In this document: piece after piece, positions 39,401 through 53,919 of the stretch | How positions within the stretch are numbered: position 1 is the first letter of the stretch | Layout of the letters: each line of letters opens with the position of its first letter | DNA from: Veleropilina oligotropha | Taxonomy: Eukaryota | Assembly (NCBI GenBank): GCA_048128005.1 | Contig: JBEUKZ010000041.1 | Location: forward strand, 1 to 64,000 | Direction: 5' to 3' | DNA: 64,000 nt | Program-made: the position numbers and the translations under genes | Notes under the pieces: generated by a model | Databases searched by the model: none | The model's input: the letters and a program-made list of their open reading frames with translations, nothing else | What the model was told of the DNA's origin: nothing

Positions 39401-42400
39401 CAATTATAATCACCTGGAACAATGGAGCTTCTAGCACTATTAGTCCAATTATAATCACCAGGAACAATGAAACTTCTAGCACTATTAGTCCAATTATAAT
39501 CACCAGGAACAATGAAGCTTCTAGCACTATTAGTCCTATTATAATCACCTGGAACAATGGAGCTTCTAGCACTATTAGTCCAAATATAATCACCAGGAAC
39601 AATGGAGCTTCTAGCACTATTAGTTCTATTATAATCACCTGGAACAATGAAGCTTCTAGCACTATTAGTCCAAATATAATCACCTGGAACAATGAAGCTT
39701 CTAGCACTATTAGTCCAATTATAATCACATGGAACAATGAAGCTTCTAGCACTATTAGTCCAATTATAATCACCTGGAACAATGAAGCTTCTAGCACTAT
39801 TAGTCCAAATATAATCACCTGGAACAATGAAGCTTCTAGCACTATTAGTCCAATTATAATCACCTGGAACAATGGAGCTTCTAGCACTATTAGTCCTATT
39901 ATAATCACCTGGAACAATGAAGCTTCTAGCGCTATTAGTCCAATTATAATCATCTGGAACAATGGAGCTTCTAGCACTATTAGTCCAATTATAATCACCT
40001 GGAACAATGGAGCTTCTAGCACTATTAGTTCTATTATAATCACCTGGAACAATGAAGCTTCTAGCACTATTAGTCCAATTATAATCACCTGGAACAATGG
40101 AGCTTCTAGCACTATTAGTCCAATTATAATCACCTGGAACAATGGAGCTTCTAGCACTATTAGTTCTATTATAATCACCTGGAACAATGAAGCTTCTAGC
40201 ACTATTAGTCCAATTATAATCACCTGGAACAATGGAGCTTCTAGCACTATTAGTCCTATTATAATCACCTGGAACAATGAAGCTTCTAGCACTATTAGTC
40301 CAATTATAATCACCTGGAACAATGGAGCTTCTAGCACTATTAGTTCAATTATAATCACCTGGAACAATGAAGCTTCTAGCACTATTAGTCCTATTATAAT
40401 CACCTGGAACAATGGAGCTTCTAGCACTATTAGTCCAATTATAATCACCTGGAACAATGAAGCTTCTAGCACTATTAGTCCAATTATAATCACCTGGAAC
40501 AATGGAGCTTCTAGCACTATTAGTCCAATTATAATCACCTGGAACAATGGAGCTTCTAGCACTATTAGTCCAATTATAATCACCTGGAACAAAGGAGCTT
40601 CTAGCACTATTAGTCCAATTATAATCACCTGGAACAATGGAGCTTCTAGCACTATTAGTCCAATTATAATCACCAGGAACAATGGAGCTTCTAGCACTAT
40701 TAGTCCTAAAATAATCATCTGGAACAATGAAGCTTCTAGCGCTATTAGTCCAATTATAATCACCAGGAACAAAGGAGCTTCTAGCACTATTAGTTCTATT
40801 ATAATCACCAGGAACAATGAAGCTTCTAGCACTATTAGTTCTATTATAATCACCAGGAACAATGAAGCTTCTAGCACTATTAGTCCAATTATAATCACCT
40901 GGAACAATGAAGCTTCTAGCACTATTAGTCCAATTATAATCACCTGGAACAATGGAGCTTCTAGCACTATTAGTCCAATTATAATCATCTGGAACAATGA
41001 AGCTTCTAGCACTATTAGTCCAATTATAATCACCAGGAACAATGAAGCTTCTAGCACTATTAATCCTATTATAATCACCTGGAACAATGGAGCTTCTAGC
41101 ACTATTAGTCCTATTATAATCACCTGGAACAATGGAGCTTCTAGCACTATTAGTTCTATTATAATCATCTGGAACAATGAAGCTTCTAGCACTATTAGTC
41201 CAATTATAATCACCTGGAACAATGAAGCTTCTAGCACTATTAGTCCAATTATAATCACCTGGAACAATGAAGCTTCTAGCACTATTAGTTCTATTATAAT
41301 CACCTGGAACAATGAAGCTTCTAGCACTATTAGTCCAATTATAATCACCTGGAACAATGAAGCTTCTAGCACTATTAGTCCAATTATAATCACCAGGAAC
41401 AATGAAGCTTCTAGCACTATTAGTCCTAATATAATCACCTGGAACAATGGAGCTTCTAGCACTATTAGTCCAATTATAATCACCTGGAACAATGAAGCTT
41501 CTAGCACTATTAGTCCAATTATAATCACCAGGAACAATGGAGCTTCTAGCACTATTAGTTCAATTATAATCACATGGAACAATGGAGCTTCTAGCACTAT
41601 TAGTCCTACTATAATCACCTGGAACAATGGAGCTTCTAGCACTATTAGTTCAATTATAATCACCTGGAACAATGGAGCTTATAGCACTATTAGTCCAATT
41701 ATAATCACCAGGAACAATGGAGCTTCTAGCACTATTAGTCCAATTATAATCACCTGGAACAATGGAGCTTCTAGCACTATTAGTTCAATTATAATCACAT
41801 GGAACAATGGAGCTTCTAGCACTATTAGTCCTAATATAATCACCTGGAACAATGGAGCTTCTAGCACTATTAGTCCAATTATAATCACCTGGAACAATGA
41901 AGCTTCTAGCACTATTAGTCCAATTATAATCACCTGGAACAATGAAGCTTCTAGCACTATTAGTCCAATTATAATCACCAGGAACAATGAAGCTTCTAGC
42001 ACTATTAGTCCTAATATAATCACCTGGAACAATGGAGCTTCTAGCACTATTAGTCCAATTATAATCACCTGGAACAATGAAGCTTCTAGCACTATTAGTC
42101 CAATTATAATCACCAGGAACAATGGAGCTTCTAGCACTATTAGTCCATTTATAATCACCTGGAACAATGAAGCTTCTAGCACTATTAGTCCTAATATAAT
42201 CACCTGGAACAATGGAGCTTCTAGCACTATTAGTCCTAATATAATCACCTGGAACAATGAAGCTTCTAGCACTATTAGTCCAATTATAATCACCAGGAAC
42301 AATGGAGCTTCTAGCACTATTAGTCCAATTATAATCACCTGGAACAATGGAGCTTCTAGCACTATTAGTCCTATTATAATCACCTGGAACAATGGAGCTT

Positions 42401-45400
42401 CTAGCACTATTAGTCCAATTATAATCACCTGGAACAATGAAGCTTCTAGCACTATTAGTCCTAATATAATCACCTGGAACAATGGAGCTACTAGCACTAT
42501 TAGTCCAATTATAATCACCAGGAACAATGAAGCTACTAGCACTATTAGTCCAATTATAATCACCTGGAACAATGGAGCTTCTAGCACTATTAGTCCAATT
42601 ATAATCACCAGGAACAATGAAGCTACTAGCACTATTAGTCCAATTATAATCACCAGGAACAATGGAGCTTCTAGCACTATTAGTCCTATTATAATCACCA
42701 GGAACAATGGAGCTACTAGCACTATTAGTCCAATTATAATCACCAGGAACAATGAAGCTACTAGCACTATTAGTCCAATTATAATCACCAGGAACAATGG
42801 AGCTTCTAGCACTATTAGTCCTATTATAATCACCTGGAACATTGGAGCTTCTAGCACTATTAGTCCTAATATAATCACCTGGAACAATGGAGCTTCTAGC
42901 ACTATTAGTCCAATTATAATCACCTGGAACAATGAAGCTTCTAGCACTATTAGTCCAATTATAATCACCTGGAACAATGGAGCTTCTAGCACTATTAGTT
43001 CAATTATAATCACCAGGAACAATGGAGCTTCTAGCACTATTAGTCCAATTATAATCACCTGGAACAATGACGCTTCTAGCACTATTAGTCCTAATATAAT
43101 CACCTGGAACAATGGAGCTTCTAGCACTATTAGTCCAATTATAATCACCAGGAACAATGGAGCTTCTAGCACTATTAGTCCAATTATAATCACCTGGAAC
43201 AATGGAGCTTCTAGCACTATTAGTCCAATTATAATCACCTGGAACAATGAAGCTTCTAGCACTATTAGTCCAATTATAATCACCTGGAACAATGAAGCTT
43301 CTAGCACTATTAGTCCAATTATAATCACCTGGAACAATGCAGCTTCTAGCACTATTAGTCCAATTATAATCACCTGGAACAATGAAGCTTCTAGCACTAT
43401 TAGTCCAATTATAATCACCTGGAACAATGGAGCTTCTAGCACTATTAGTTCTATTATAATCACCTGGAACAATGAAGCTTCTAGCACTATTAGTTCTATT
43501 ATAATCACCTGGAACAATGATGCTTCTAGCACTATTAGTCCAATTATAATCACCTGGAACAATGAAGCTTCTAGCACTATTAGTCCAATTATAATCACCT
43601 GGAACAATGAAGCTTCTAGCACTATTAGTCCAATTATAATCACCTGGAACAATGGAGCTTCTAGCACTATTAGTCCAATTATAATCACCAGGAACAATGG
43701 AGCTTCTAGCACTATTAGTCCAATTATAATCACCTGGAACAATGGAGCTTCTAGCACTATTAGTCCAATTATAATCACCTGGAACAATGAAGCTTCTAGC
43801 ACTATTAGTCCAATTATAATCACCTGGAACAATGAAGCTTCTAGCACTATTAGTCCAATTATAATCACCTGGAACAATGCAGCTTCTAGCACTATTAGTC
43901 CAATTATAATCACCTGGAACAATGAAGCTTCTAGCACTATTAGTCCAATTATAATCACCTGGAACAATGGAGCTTCTAGCACTATTAGTTCTATTATAAT
44001 CACCTGGAACAATGAAGCTTCTAGCACTATTAGTTCTATTATAATCACCTGGAACAATGAAGCTTCTAGCACTATTAGTCCAATTATAATCACCTGGAAC
44101 AATGGAGCTTCTAGCACTATTAGTCCAATTATAATCACCAGGAACAATGAAGCTTCTAGCACTATTAGTCCAATTATAATCACCAGGAACAATGAAGCTT
44201 CTAGCACTATTAGTCCTATTATAATCACCTGGAACAATGGAGCTTCTAGCACTATTAGTCCAAATATAATCACCAGGAACAATGGAGCTTCTAGCACTAT
44301 TAGTTCTATTATAATCACCTGGAACAATGAAGCTTCTAGCACTATTAGTCCAAATATAATCACCTGGAACAATGAAGCTTCTAGCACTATTAGTCCAATT
44401 ATAATCACCTGGAACAATGAAGCTTCTAGCACTATTAGTCCAATTATAATCACCTGGAACAATGAAGCTTCTAGCACTATTAGTCCAAATATAATCACCT
44501 GGAACAATGAATCTTCTAGCACTATTAGTCCAATTATAATCACCTGGAACAATGGAGCTTCTAGCACTATTAGTCCTATTATAATCACCTGGAAGAATGA
44601 AGCTTCTAGCGCTATTAGTCCAATTATAATCATCTGGAACAATGGAGCTTCTAGCACTATTAGTCCAATTATAATCACCTGGAACAATGGAGCTTCTAGC
44701 ACTATTAGTCCAATTATAATCACCTGGAACAATGAAGCTTCTAGCACTATTAGTCCAATTATAATCACCTGGAACAATGGAGCTTCTAGCACTATTAGTC
44801 CAATTATAATCACCTGGAACAATGGAGCTTCTAGCACTATTAGTTCTATTATAATCACCTGGAACAATGAAGCTTCTAGCACTATTAGTCCAATTATAAT
44901 CACCTGGAACAATGGAGCTTCTATCACTATTAGTCCTATTATAATCACCTGGAACAATGGAGCTTCTAGCACTATTAGTCCAATTATAATCACCTGGAAC
45001 AATGGAGCTTCTAGCACTATTAGTTCTATTATAATCACCTGGAACAATGAAGATTCTAGCACTATTAGTCCAATTATAATCACCTGGAACAATGGAGCTT
45101 CTAGCACTATTAGTCCAATTATAATCACCTGGAACAATGAAGCTTCTAGCACTATTAGTCCAATTATAATCACCTGGAACAATGGAGCTTCTAGCACTAT
45201 TAGTCCAATTATAATCACCTGGAACAATGGAGCTTCTAGCACTATTAGTCCAATTATAATCACCTGGAACAAAGGAGCTTCTAGCACTATTAGTCCAATT
45301 ATAATCACCTGGAACAATGGAGCTTCTAACACTATTAGTCCAATTATAATCACTAGGAACAATGGAGCTTCTAGCACTATTAGTCCTAATATAATCATCT

Positions 45401-48400
45401 GGAACAATGAAGCTTCTAGCGCTATTAGTCCAATTATAATCACCAGGAACAAAGGAGCTTCTAGCACTATTAGTTCTATTATAATCACCAGGAACAATGA
45501 AGCTTCTAGCACTATTAGTTCTATTATAATCACCAGGAACAATGAAGCTTCTAGCACTATTAGTCCAATTATAATCACCTGGAACAATGAAGCTTCTAGC
45601 AATATTAGTCCAATTATAATCACCTGGAACAATGGAGCTTCTAGCACTATTAGTCCAATTATAATCATCTGGAACAATGAAGCTTCTAGCACTATTAGTC
45701 CAATTATAATCACCAGGAACAATGAAGCTTCTAGCACTATTAGTCCTATTATAATCACCTGGAACAATGGAGCTTCTAGCACTATTAGTCCTATTATAAT
45801 CACCTGGAACAATGGAGCTTCTAGCACTATTAGTTCTATTATAATCATCTGGAACAATGAAGCTTCTAGCACTATTAGTCCAATTATAATCACCTGGAAC
45901 AATGAAGCTTCTAGCACTATTAGTCCAATTAGAATCACCTGGAACAATGAAGCTTCTAGCACTATTAGTTCTATTATAATCACCTGGAACAATGAAGCTT
46001 CTAGCACTATTAGTCCAATTATAATCACCTGGAACAATGAAGCTTCTAGCACTATTAGTCCAATTATAATCACCAGGAACAATGAAGCTGCTAGAACTAT
46101 TAGTCCTAATATAATCACCTGGAACAATGGAGCTTCTAGCACTATTAGTCCAATTATAATCACCTGGAACAATGAAGCTTCTAGCACTATTAGTCCAATT
46201 ATAATCACCAGGAACAATGGAGCTTCTAGCACTATTAGTCCAATTATAATCACCTGGAACAATGAAGCTTCTAGCACTATTAGTCCAATTATAATCACCT
46301 GGAACAATGAAGCTTCTAGCACTATTAGTCCAATTATAATCACCTGGAACAATGAAGCTTCTAGCACTATTAGTCCAATTATAATCACCTGGAACAATGG
46401 AGCTTCTAGCACTATTAGTTTTATTATAATCATCTGGAACAATGAAGCTTCTAGCACTATTAGTCCAATTATAATCACCTGGAACAATGAAGCTTCTAGC
46501 ACTATTAGTCCAATTATAATCACCTGGAACAATGAAGCTTCTAGCACTATTAGTCCAATTATAATCACCTGGAACAATGGAGCTTCTAGCACTATTAGTC
46601 CAATTATAATCACCAGGAACAATGAAGCTTCTAGCACTATTAGTCCTATTATAATCACCTGGAACAATGGAGCTTCTAGCACTATTAGTCCAATTATAAT
46701 CACCAGGAACAATGAAGCTTCTAGCACTATTAGTCCTATTATAATCACCTGGAACAATGGAGCTTCTAGCACTATTAGTTCTATTATAATCATCTGGAAC
46801 AATGAAGCTTCTAGCACTATTAGTCCAATTATAATCACCTGGAACAATGAAGCTTCTAGCACTATTAGTCCAATTATAATCACCTGGAACAATGAAGCTT
46901 CTAGCACTATTAGTTCTATTATAATCATCTGGAACAATGGAGCTTCTAGCACTATTAGTCCAATTATAATCACCTGGAACAATGAAGCTTCTAGCACTAT
47001 TAGTCCAATTATAATCACCTGGAACAATGCAGCTTCTAGCACTATTAGTCCAATTATAATCACCTGGAACAATGAAGCTTCTAGCACTATTAGTCCAATT
47101 ATAATCACCTGGAACAATGGAGCTTCTAGCACTATTAGTTCTATTATAATCACCTGGAACAATGAAGCTTCTAGCACTATTAGTTCTATTATAATCACCT
47201 GGAACAATGAAGCTTCTAGCACTATTAGTCCAATTATAATCACCTGGAACAATGGAGCTTCTAGCACTATTAGTCCAATTATAATCACCAGGAACAATGA
47301 AGCTTCTAGCACTATTAGTCCAATTATAATCACCAGGAACAATGAAGCTTCTAGCACTATTAGTCCTATTATAATCACCTGGAACAATGGAGCTTCTAGC
47401 ACTATTAGTCCAAATATAATCACCAGGAACAATGGAGCTTCTAGCACTATTAGTTCTATTATAATCACCTGGAACAATGAAGCTTCTAGCACTATTAGTC
47501 CAAATATAATCACCTGGAACAATGAAGCTTCTAGCACTATTAGTCCAATTATAATCACCTGGAACAATGAAGCTTCTAGCACTATTAGTCCAATTATAAT
47601 CACCTGGAACAATGAAGCTTCTAGCACTATTAGTCCAAATATAATCACCTGGAACAATGAAGCTTCTAGCACTATTAGTCCAATTATAATCACCTGGAAC
47701 AATGGAGCTTCTAGCACTATTAGTCCTATTATAATCACCTGGAACAATGAAGCTTCTAGCGCTATTAGTCCAATTATAATCATCTGGAACAATGGAGCTT
47801 CTAGCACTATTAGTCCAATTATAATCACCTGGAACAATGATGCTTCTAGCACTATTAGTTCTATTATAATCACCTGGAACAATGAAGCTTCTAGCACTAT
47901 TAGTCCAATTATAATCACCTGGAACAATGGAGCTTCTAGCACTATTAGTCCAATTATAATCACCTGGAACAATGGAGCTTCTAGCACTATTAGTTCTATT
48001 ATAATCACCTGGAACAATGAAGCTTCTAGCACTATTAGTCCAATTATAATCACCTGGACAATGGAGCTTCTAGCACTATTAGTCCTATTATAATCACCTG
48101 GAACAATGGAGCTTCTAGCACTATTAGTCCAATTATAATCACCTGGAACAATGGAGCTTCTAGCACTATTAGTTCTATTATAATCACCTGGAACAATGAA
48201 GCTTCTAGCACTATTAGTCCAATTATAATCACCTGGAACAATGGAGCTTCTAGCACTATTAGTCCAATTATAATCACCTGGAACAATGAAGCTTCTAGCA
48301 CTATTAGTCCAATTATAATCACCTGGAACAATGGAGCTTCTAGCACTATTAGTCCAATTATAATCACCTGGAACAATGGAGCTTCTAGCACTATTAGTCC

Positions 48401-51400
48401 AATTATAATCACCTGGAACAAAGGAGCTTCTAGCACTATTAGTCCAATTATAATCACATGGAACAATGGAGCTTCTAGCACTATTAGTCCAATTATAATC
48501 ACTAGGAACAATGGAGCTTCTAGCACTATTAGTCCTAATATAATCATCTGGAACAATGAAGCTTCTAGCGCTATTAGTCCAATTATAATCACCAGGAACA
48601 AATGAGCTTCTAGCACTATTAGTTCTATTATAATCACCAGGAACAATGAAGCTTCTAGCACTATTAGTTCTATTATAATCACCAGGAACAATGAAGCTTC
48701 TAGCACTATTAGTCCAATTATAATCACCTGGAACAATGAAGCTTCTAGCACTATTAGTCCAATTATAATCACCTGGAACAATGGAGCTTCTAGCACTATT
48801 AGTCCAATTATAATCATCTGGAACAATGAAGCTTCTAGCACTATTAGTCCAATTATAATCACCAGGAACAATGAAGTTTCTAGCACTATTAGTCCTATTA
48901 TAATCACCTGGAACAATGGAGCTTCTAGCACTATTAGTCCTATTATAATCACCTGGAACAATGGAGCTTCTAGCACTATTAGTTCTATTATAATCATCTG
49001 GAACAATGAAGCTTCTAGCACTATTAGTCCAATTATAATCACCTGGAACAATGAAGCTTCTAGCACTATTAGTCCAATTATAATCACCTGGAACAATGAA
49101 GCTTCTAGCACTATTAGTTCTATTATAATCACCTGGAACAATGAAGCTTCTAGCACTATTAGTCCAATTATAATCACCTGGAACAATGAAGCTTCTAGCA
49201 CTATTAGTCCAATTATAATCACCAGGAACAATGAAGCTTCTAGAACTATTAGTCCTAATATAATCACCTGGAACAATGGAGCTTCTAGCACTATTAGTCC
49301 AATTATAATCACCTGGAACAAAGAAGCTTCTAGCACTATTAGTCCAATTATAATCACCAGGAACAATGGAGCTTCTAGCACTATTAGTCCAATTATAATC
49401 ACCTGGAACAATGAAGCTTCTAGCACTATTAGTCCAATTATAATCACCTGGAACAATGAAGCTTCTAGCACTATTAGTCCAATTATAATCACCTGGAACA
49501 ATGAAGCTTCTAGCACTATTAGTTATATTATAATCACCTGGAACAATGGAGCTTCTAGCACTATTAGTTTTATTATAATCATCTGGAACAATGAAGCTTC
49601 TAGCACTATTAGTCCAATTATAATCACCTGGAACAATGAAGCTTCTAGCACTATTAGTCCAATTATAATCACCTGGAACAATGAAGCTTCTAGCACTATT
49701 AGTCCAATTATAATCACCTGGAACAATGGAGCTTCTAGCACTATTAGTCCAATTATAATCACCAGGAACAATGAAGCTTCTAGCACTATTAGTCCTATTA
49801 TAATCACCTGGAACAATGGAGCTTCTAGCACTATTAGTCCAATTATAATCACCAGGAACAATGAAGCTTCTAGCACTATTAGTCCTATTATAATCACCTG
49901 GAACAATGGAGCTTCTAGCACTATTAGTTCTATTATAATCATCTGGAACAATGAAGCTTCTAGCACTATTAGTCCAATTATAATCACCTGGAACAATGAA
50001 GCTTCTAGCACTATTAGTCCAATTATAATCACCTGGAACAATGAAGCTTCTAGCAATATTAGTTCTATTATAATCATCTGGAACAATGGAGCTTCTAGCA
50101 CTATTAGTCCAATTATAATCACCAGGAACAATGAAGCTTCTAGCACTATTAGTCCTATTATAATCACCTGGAACAATGGAGCTTCTAGCACTATTAGTTC
50201 TATTATAATCATCTGGAACAATGAAGCTTCTAGCACTATTAGTCCAATTATAATCACCTGGAACAATGAAGCTTCTAGCACTATTAGTCCAATTATAATC
50301 ACCTGGAACAATGAAGCTTCTAGCACTATTAGTTCTATTATAATCATCTGGAACAATGGAGCTTCTAGCACTATTAGTCCAATTATAATCACCAGGAACA
50401 ATGAAGCTTCTAGCACTATTAGTCCTATTATAATCACCTGGAACAATGGAGCTTCTAGCACTATTAGTTCTATTATAATCATCTGGAACAATGAAGCTTC
50501 TAGCACTATTAGTCCAATTATAATCACCTGGAACAATGAAGCTTCTAGCACTATTAGTCCAATTATAATCACCTGGAACAATGAAGCTTCTAGCACTATT
50601 AGTTCTATTATAATCATCTGGAACAATGAAGCTTCTAGCACTATTAGTCCTAATATAATCACCTGGAACAATGGAGCTTCTAGCACTATTAGTCCAATTA
50701 TAATCACCTGGAACAATGCAGCTTCTAGCACTATTAGTCCAATTATAATCACCAGGAACAATGGAGCTTCTAGCACTATTAGTCCAATTATAATCACCAG
50801 GAACAATGAAGCTTCTAGCACTATTAGTCCAATTATAATCACCTGGAACAATGGAGCTTCTAGCACTATTAGTCCTAATATAATCATCTGGAACAATGAA
50901 GCTTCTAGCACTATTAGTTCCATTATAATCACCTGGAACAATGAAGCTTCTAGCACTATTAGTCCAATTATAATCATCTGGAACAATGAAGCTTCTAGCG
51001 CTATTAGTCCAATTATAATCACCTGGAACAATGGAGCTTCTAGCACTATTAATCCAATTATAATCACCAGGAACAATGAAGCTTCTAGCACTATTAGTCC
51101 AATTATAATCACCTGGAACAATGAAGCTTCTAGCACTATTAGTCCAATTATAATCACCTGGAACAATGCAGCTTCTAGCACTATTAGTCCAATTATAATC
51201 ACCTGGAACAATGAAGCTTCTAGCACTATTAGTCCAATTATAATCACCTGGAACAATGGAGCTTCTAGCACTATTAGTCCAATTATAATCACCTGGAACA
51301 ATGAAGCTTCTAGCGCTATTAGTCCAATTATAATCACCTGGAACAATGGAGCTTCTAGCACTATTAGTCCAATTATAATCACCTGGAACAATGAAGCTTC

Positions 51401-52247
51401 TAGCACTATTAGTTCTATTATAATCACCTGGAACAATGAAGCTTCTAGCACTATTAGTTCTATTATAATCACCTGGAACAATGAAGCTTCTAGCACTATT
51501 AGTCCAATTATAATCACCTGGAACAATGAAGCTTCTAGCACTATTAGTCCAATTATAATCACCTGGAACAATGAAGCTTCTAGCACTATTAGTCCAATTA
51601 TAATCACCTGGAACAATGGAGCTTCTAGCACTATAAGTCCAAATATAATCACCAGGAACAATGGAGCTTCTAGCACTATTAGTTCTATTATAATCACCTG
51701 GAACAATGAAGCTTCTAGCACTATTAGTCCAAATATAATCACCTGGAACAATGAAGCTTCTAGCACTATTAGTCCAATTATAATCACCTGGAACAATGAA
51801 GCTTCTAGCACTATTAGTCCTATTATAATCACCTGGAACAATGGAGCTTCTAGCACTATTAGTCCAATTATAATCACCTGGAACAATGGAGCTTCTAGCA
51901 CTATTAGTCCAAATATAATCTCCAGGAACAATGGAGCTTCTAGCACTTTTAGTTCTATTATAATCACCTGGAACAATGAAGCTTCTAGCACTATTAGTCC
52001 AAATATAATCACCTGGAACAATGAAGCTTCTAGCACTATTAGTCCAATTATAATCACCTGGAACAATGAAGCTTCTAGCACTATTAGTCCAATTATAATC
52101 ACCAGGAACAAAGGAGCTTCTAGCACTATTAGTCCAATTATAATCACCAGGAACAAAGGAGCTTCTAGCACTATTAGTCCAATTATAATCACCTGGAACA
52201 ATGATGCTTCTAGCACTATTAGTCCTATTATAATCACCTGGAACAAT
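36438..52247. repeat. 45-bp satellite, ~350 copies (15.8 kb), with higher-order structure
   Basis: Unit AATCACCTGGAACAATG(A/G)AGCTTCTAGCACTATTAGTCCAATTAT. The register is kept throughout except for one 1-bp deletion near 48059. Confidence 0.99.
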
Positions 52248-53919
52248 ATGTCACAATAGTTGTCTTTTTCATCAATGATTTTATATGTTGAACTATGTTC
52301 CCAACGATAATAATACTGGTAATCTATAGTCACGATATTTTTTAATTTTCTTTACTACTTGGAGATGAAGAACTAAGGTCTTGGTCCAACAGACATTGCT
52401 GGACAAAAATATTCCGATCCATCTCTGTGAGAAGTTGGCTGCCAAAGGAATGTCGCACACGTCTGCCGTATATATGAAATGGTGCAAATCGGACATTGCC
52501 GGATGCCGTTGCCGGATTGCCGCAAGCTACTTCCGCATATATGGAATGTCAGTTTGAATGCCTGATGCCGGATGCCGTTGCCGGATTGCCGTATATATGG
52601 AATGCTAGCTTTATGGGATTATTGATTGCAAAAACGGGGGTTGAATTGTAGTGCGTTCCAGTTTATTCACTGTTACCAGTTGATTTCCACCTCAGGGGAC
52701 CCCGATGGTCTAGAAAAAAACACGGGGTCGGAGGGTTATGGGGTGGGGGTGCAGATAAACCATACCTGGCCAATGGCCTATATCCTTTTATTCGCTATGC
52801 CTAAGGTTCGGCAACAAAAGTTATATCATAATATAAATAATCAGTTAAAACATTATTTCATGAACTTGCATAGTTGTATCAATGCTACCAAGGAATAAGT
52901 ATTAAACAAATCATGGAATTTTACAATGTTTGGTCGGTCAGTGAAGTGTTTATACAATGTTTTTGATCTATGAATAATAATATTGAAAATGGAATATGAC
53001 ATGAGAGTCATCGCAAATGTCGACGTAATCGCACTTTATACATATTCCTTCGTTTCATGGATAATCTGTGATTAATTGTTCTAAATTTTGTCAATGCTAT
53101 TTTAAAAAATGCTTGGCATTTCATTAATATATTTTACTATAGAAAATGTATATTTCATTGTGCGGTATGTTAATCTCTTTGACGAGTCTTCAATGTAACT
53201 ACCCCATTGTTGTTGATGCTAGTATTTGGGAAAGGCATTCGGAGGTGTGTAGAGCCACAATTTGCTGAGGAATGTATGGCTTGCCCAGACAAATTGAAAT
53301 TGTTTCTAAAATGCTGTAAGAATAGGATGCAAATATGACTAAATGATGCATTCTCAGTGGGGTATAGCCAACTGGATCCAAAGTTTTCAACTCGGTAAAA
53401 AGTTAACAATGTTTTATATAACAGGAACCTTCGTTTGAATTATTTACCGGATATAACTTTTAATGCAGTAATAATTGATCATACGAATGGACACCAAGTG
53501 AATAACGAACTTGTTATCCATATATCATGTAGTTAGGGGTTCAAATTGAATATCACCTTACATAATCGAATATAGACATTATCTTTGACATATCCACATA
53601 TTTCGCAATTATTCGTGAGTAAAGGTCAAGGTCATCGAATGATAGTAACAGCCACTGGATTTCAGCTGACAGCTTTAATAGCCTGCTTTCTCTCAAACTG
53701 CGTACATCGCCTCTATTGTTTGTTCAGATAATCGTATGGGACAACATAATTCTTAGATATTTCTAATTGCTTTTATTGTATTTTCTTTAAAATGATTGCT
53801 ATACAATTACCTGAAATGTTTATTTTTGACTCTTAATATAGCCAACTCAAACCTGTTGCTATGGTCATGTGTGTTGTTTTATGTTTTTTGCGAGAAATTA
53901 CAAATATATAATGTGTATA

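Noticed and set aside
36312..52333. Giant ORFs (3896, 2124, 1557, 936 and 488 aa) as real genes
   Set aside because: They are translations of a 45-bp satellite open on both strands, with no unique domain, signal peptide or synonymous bias.
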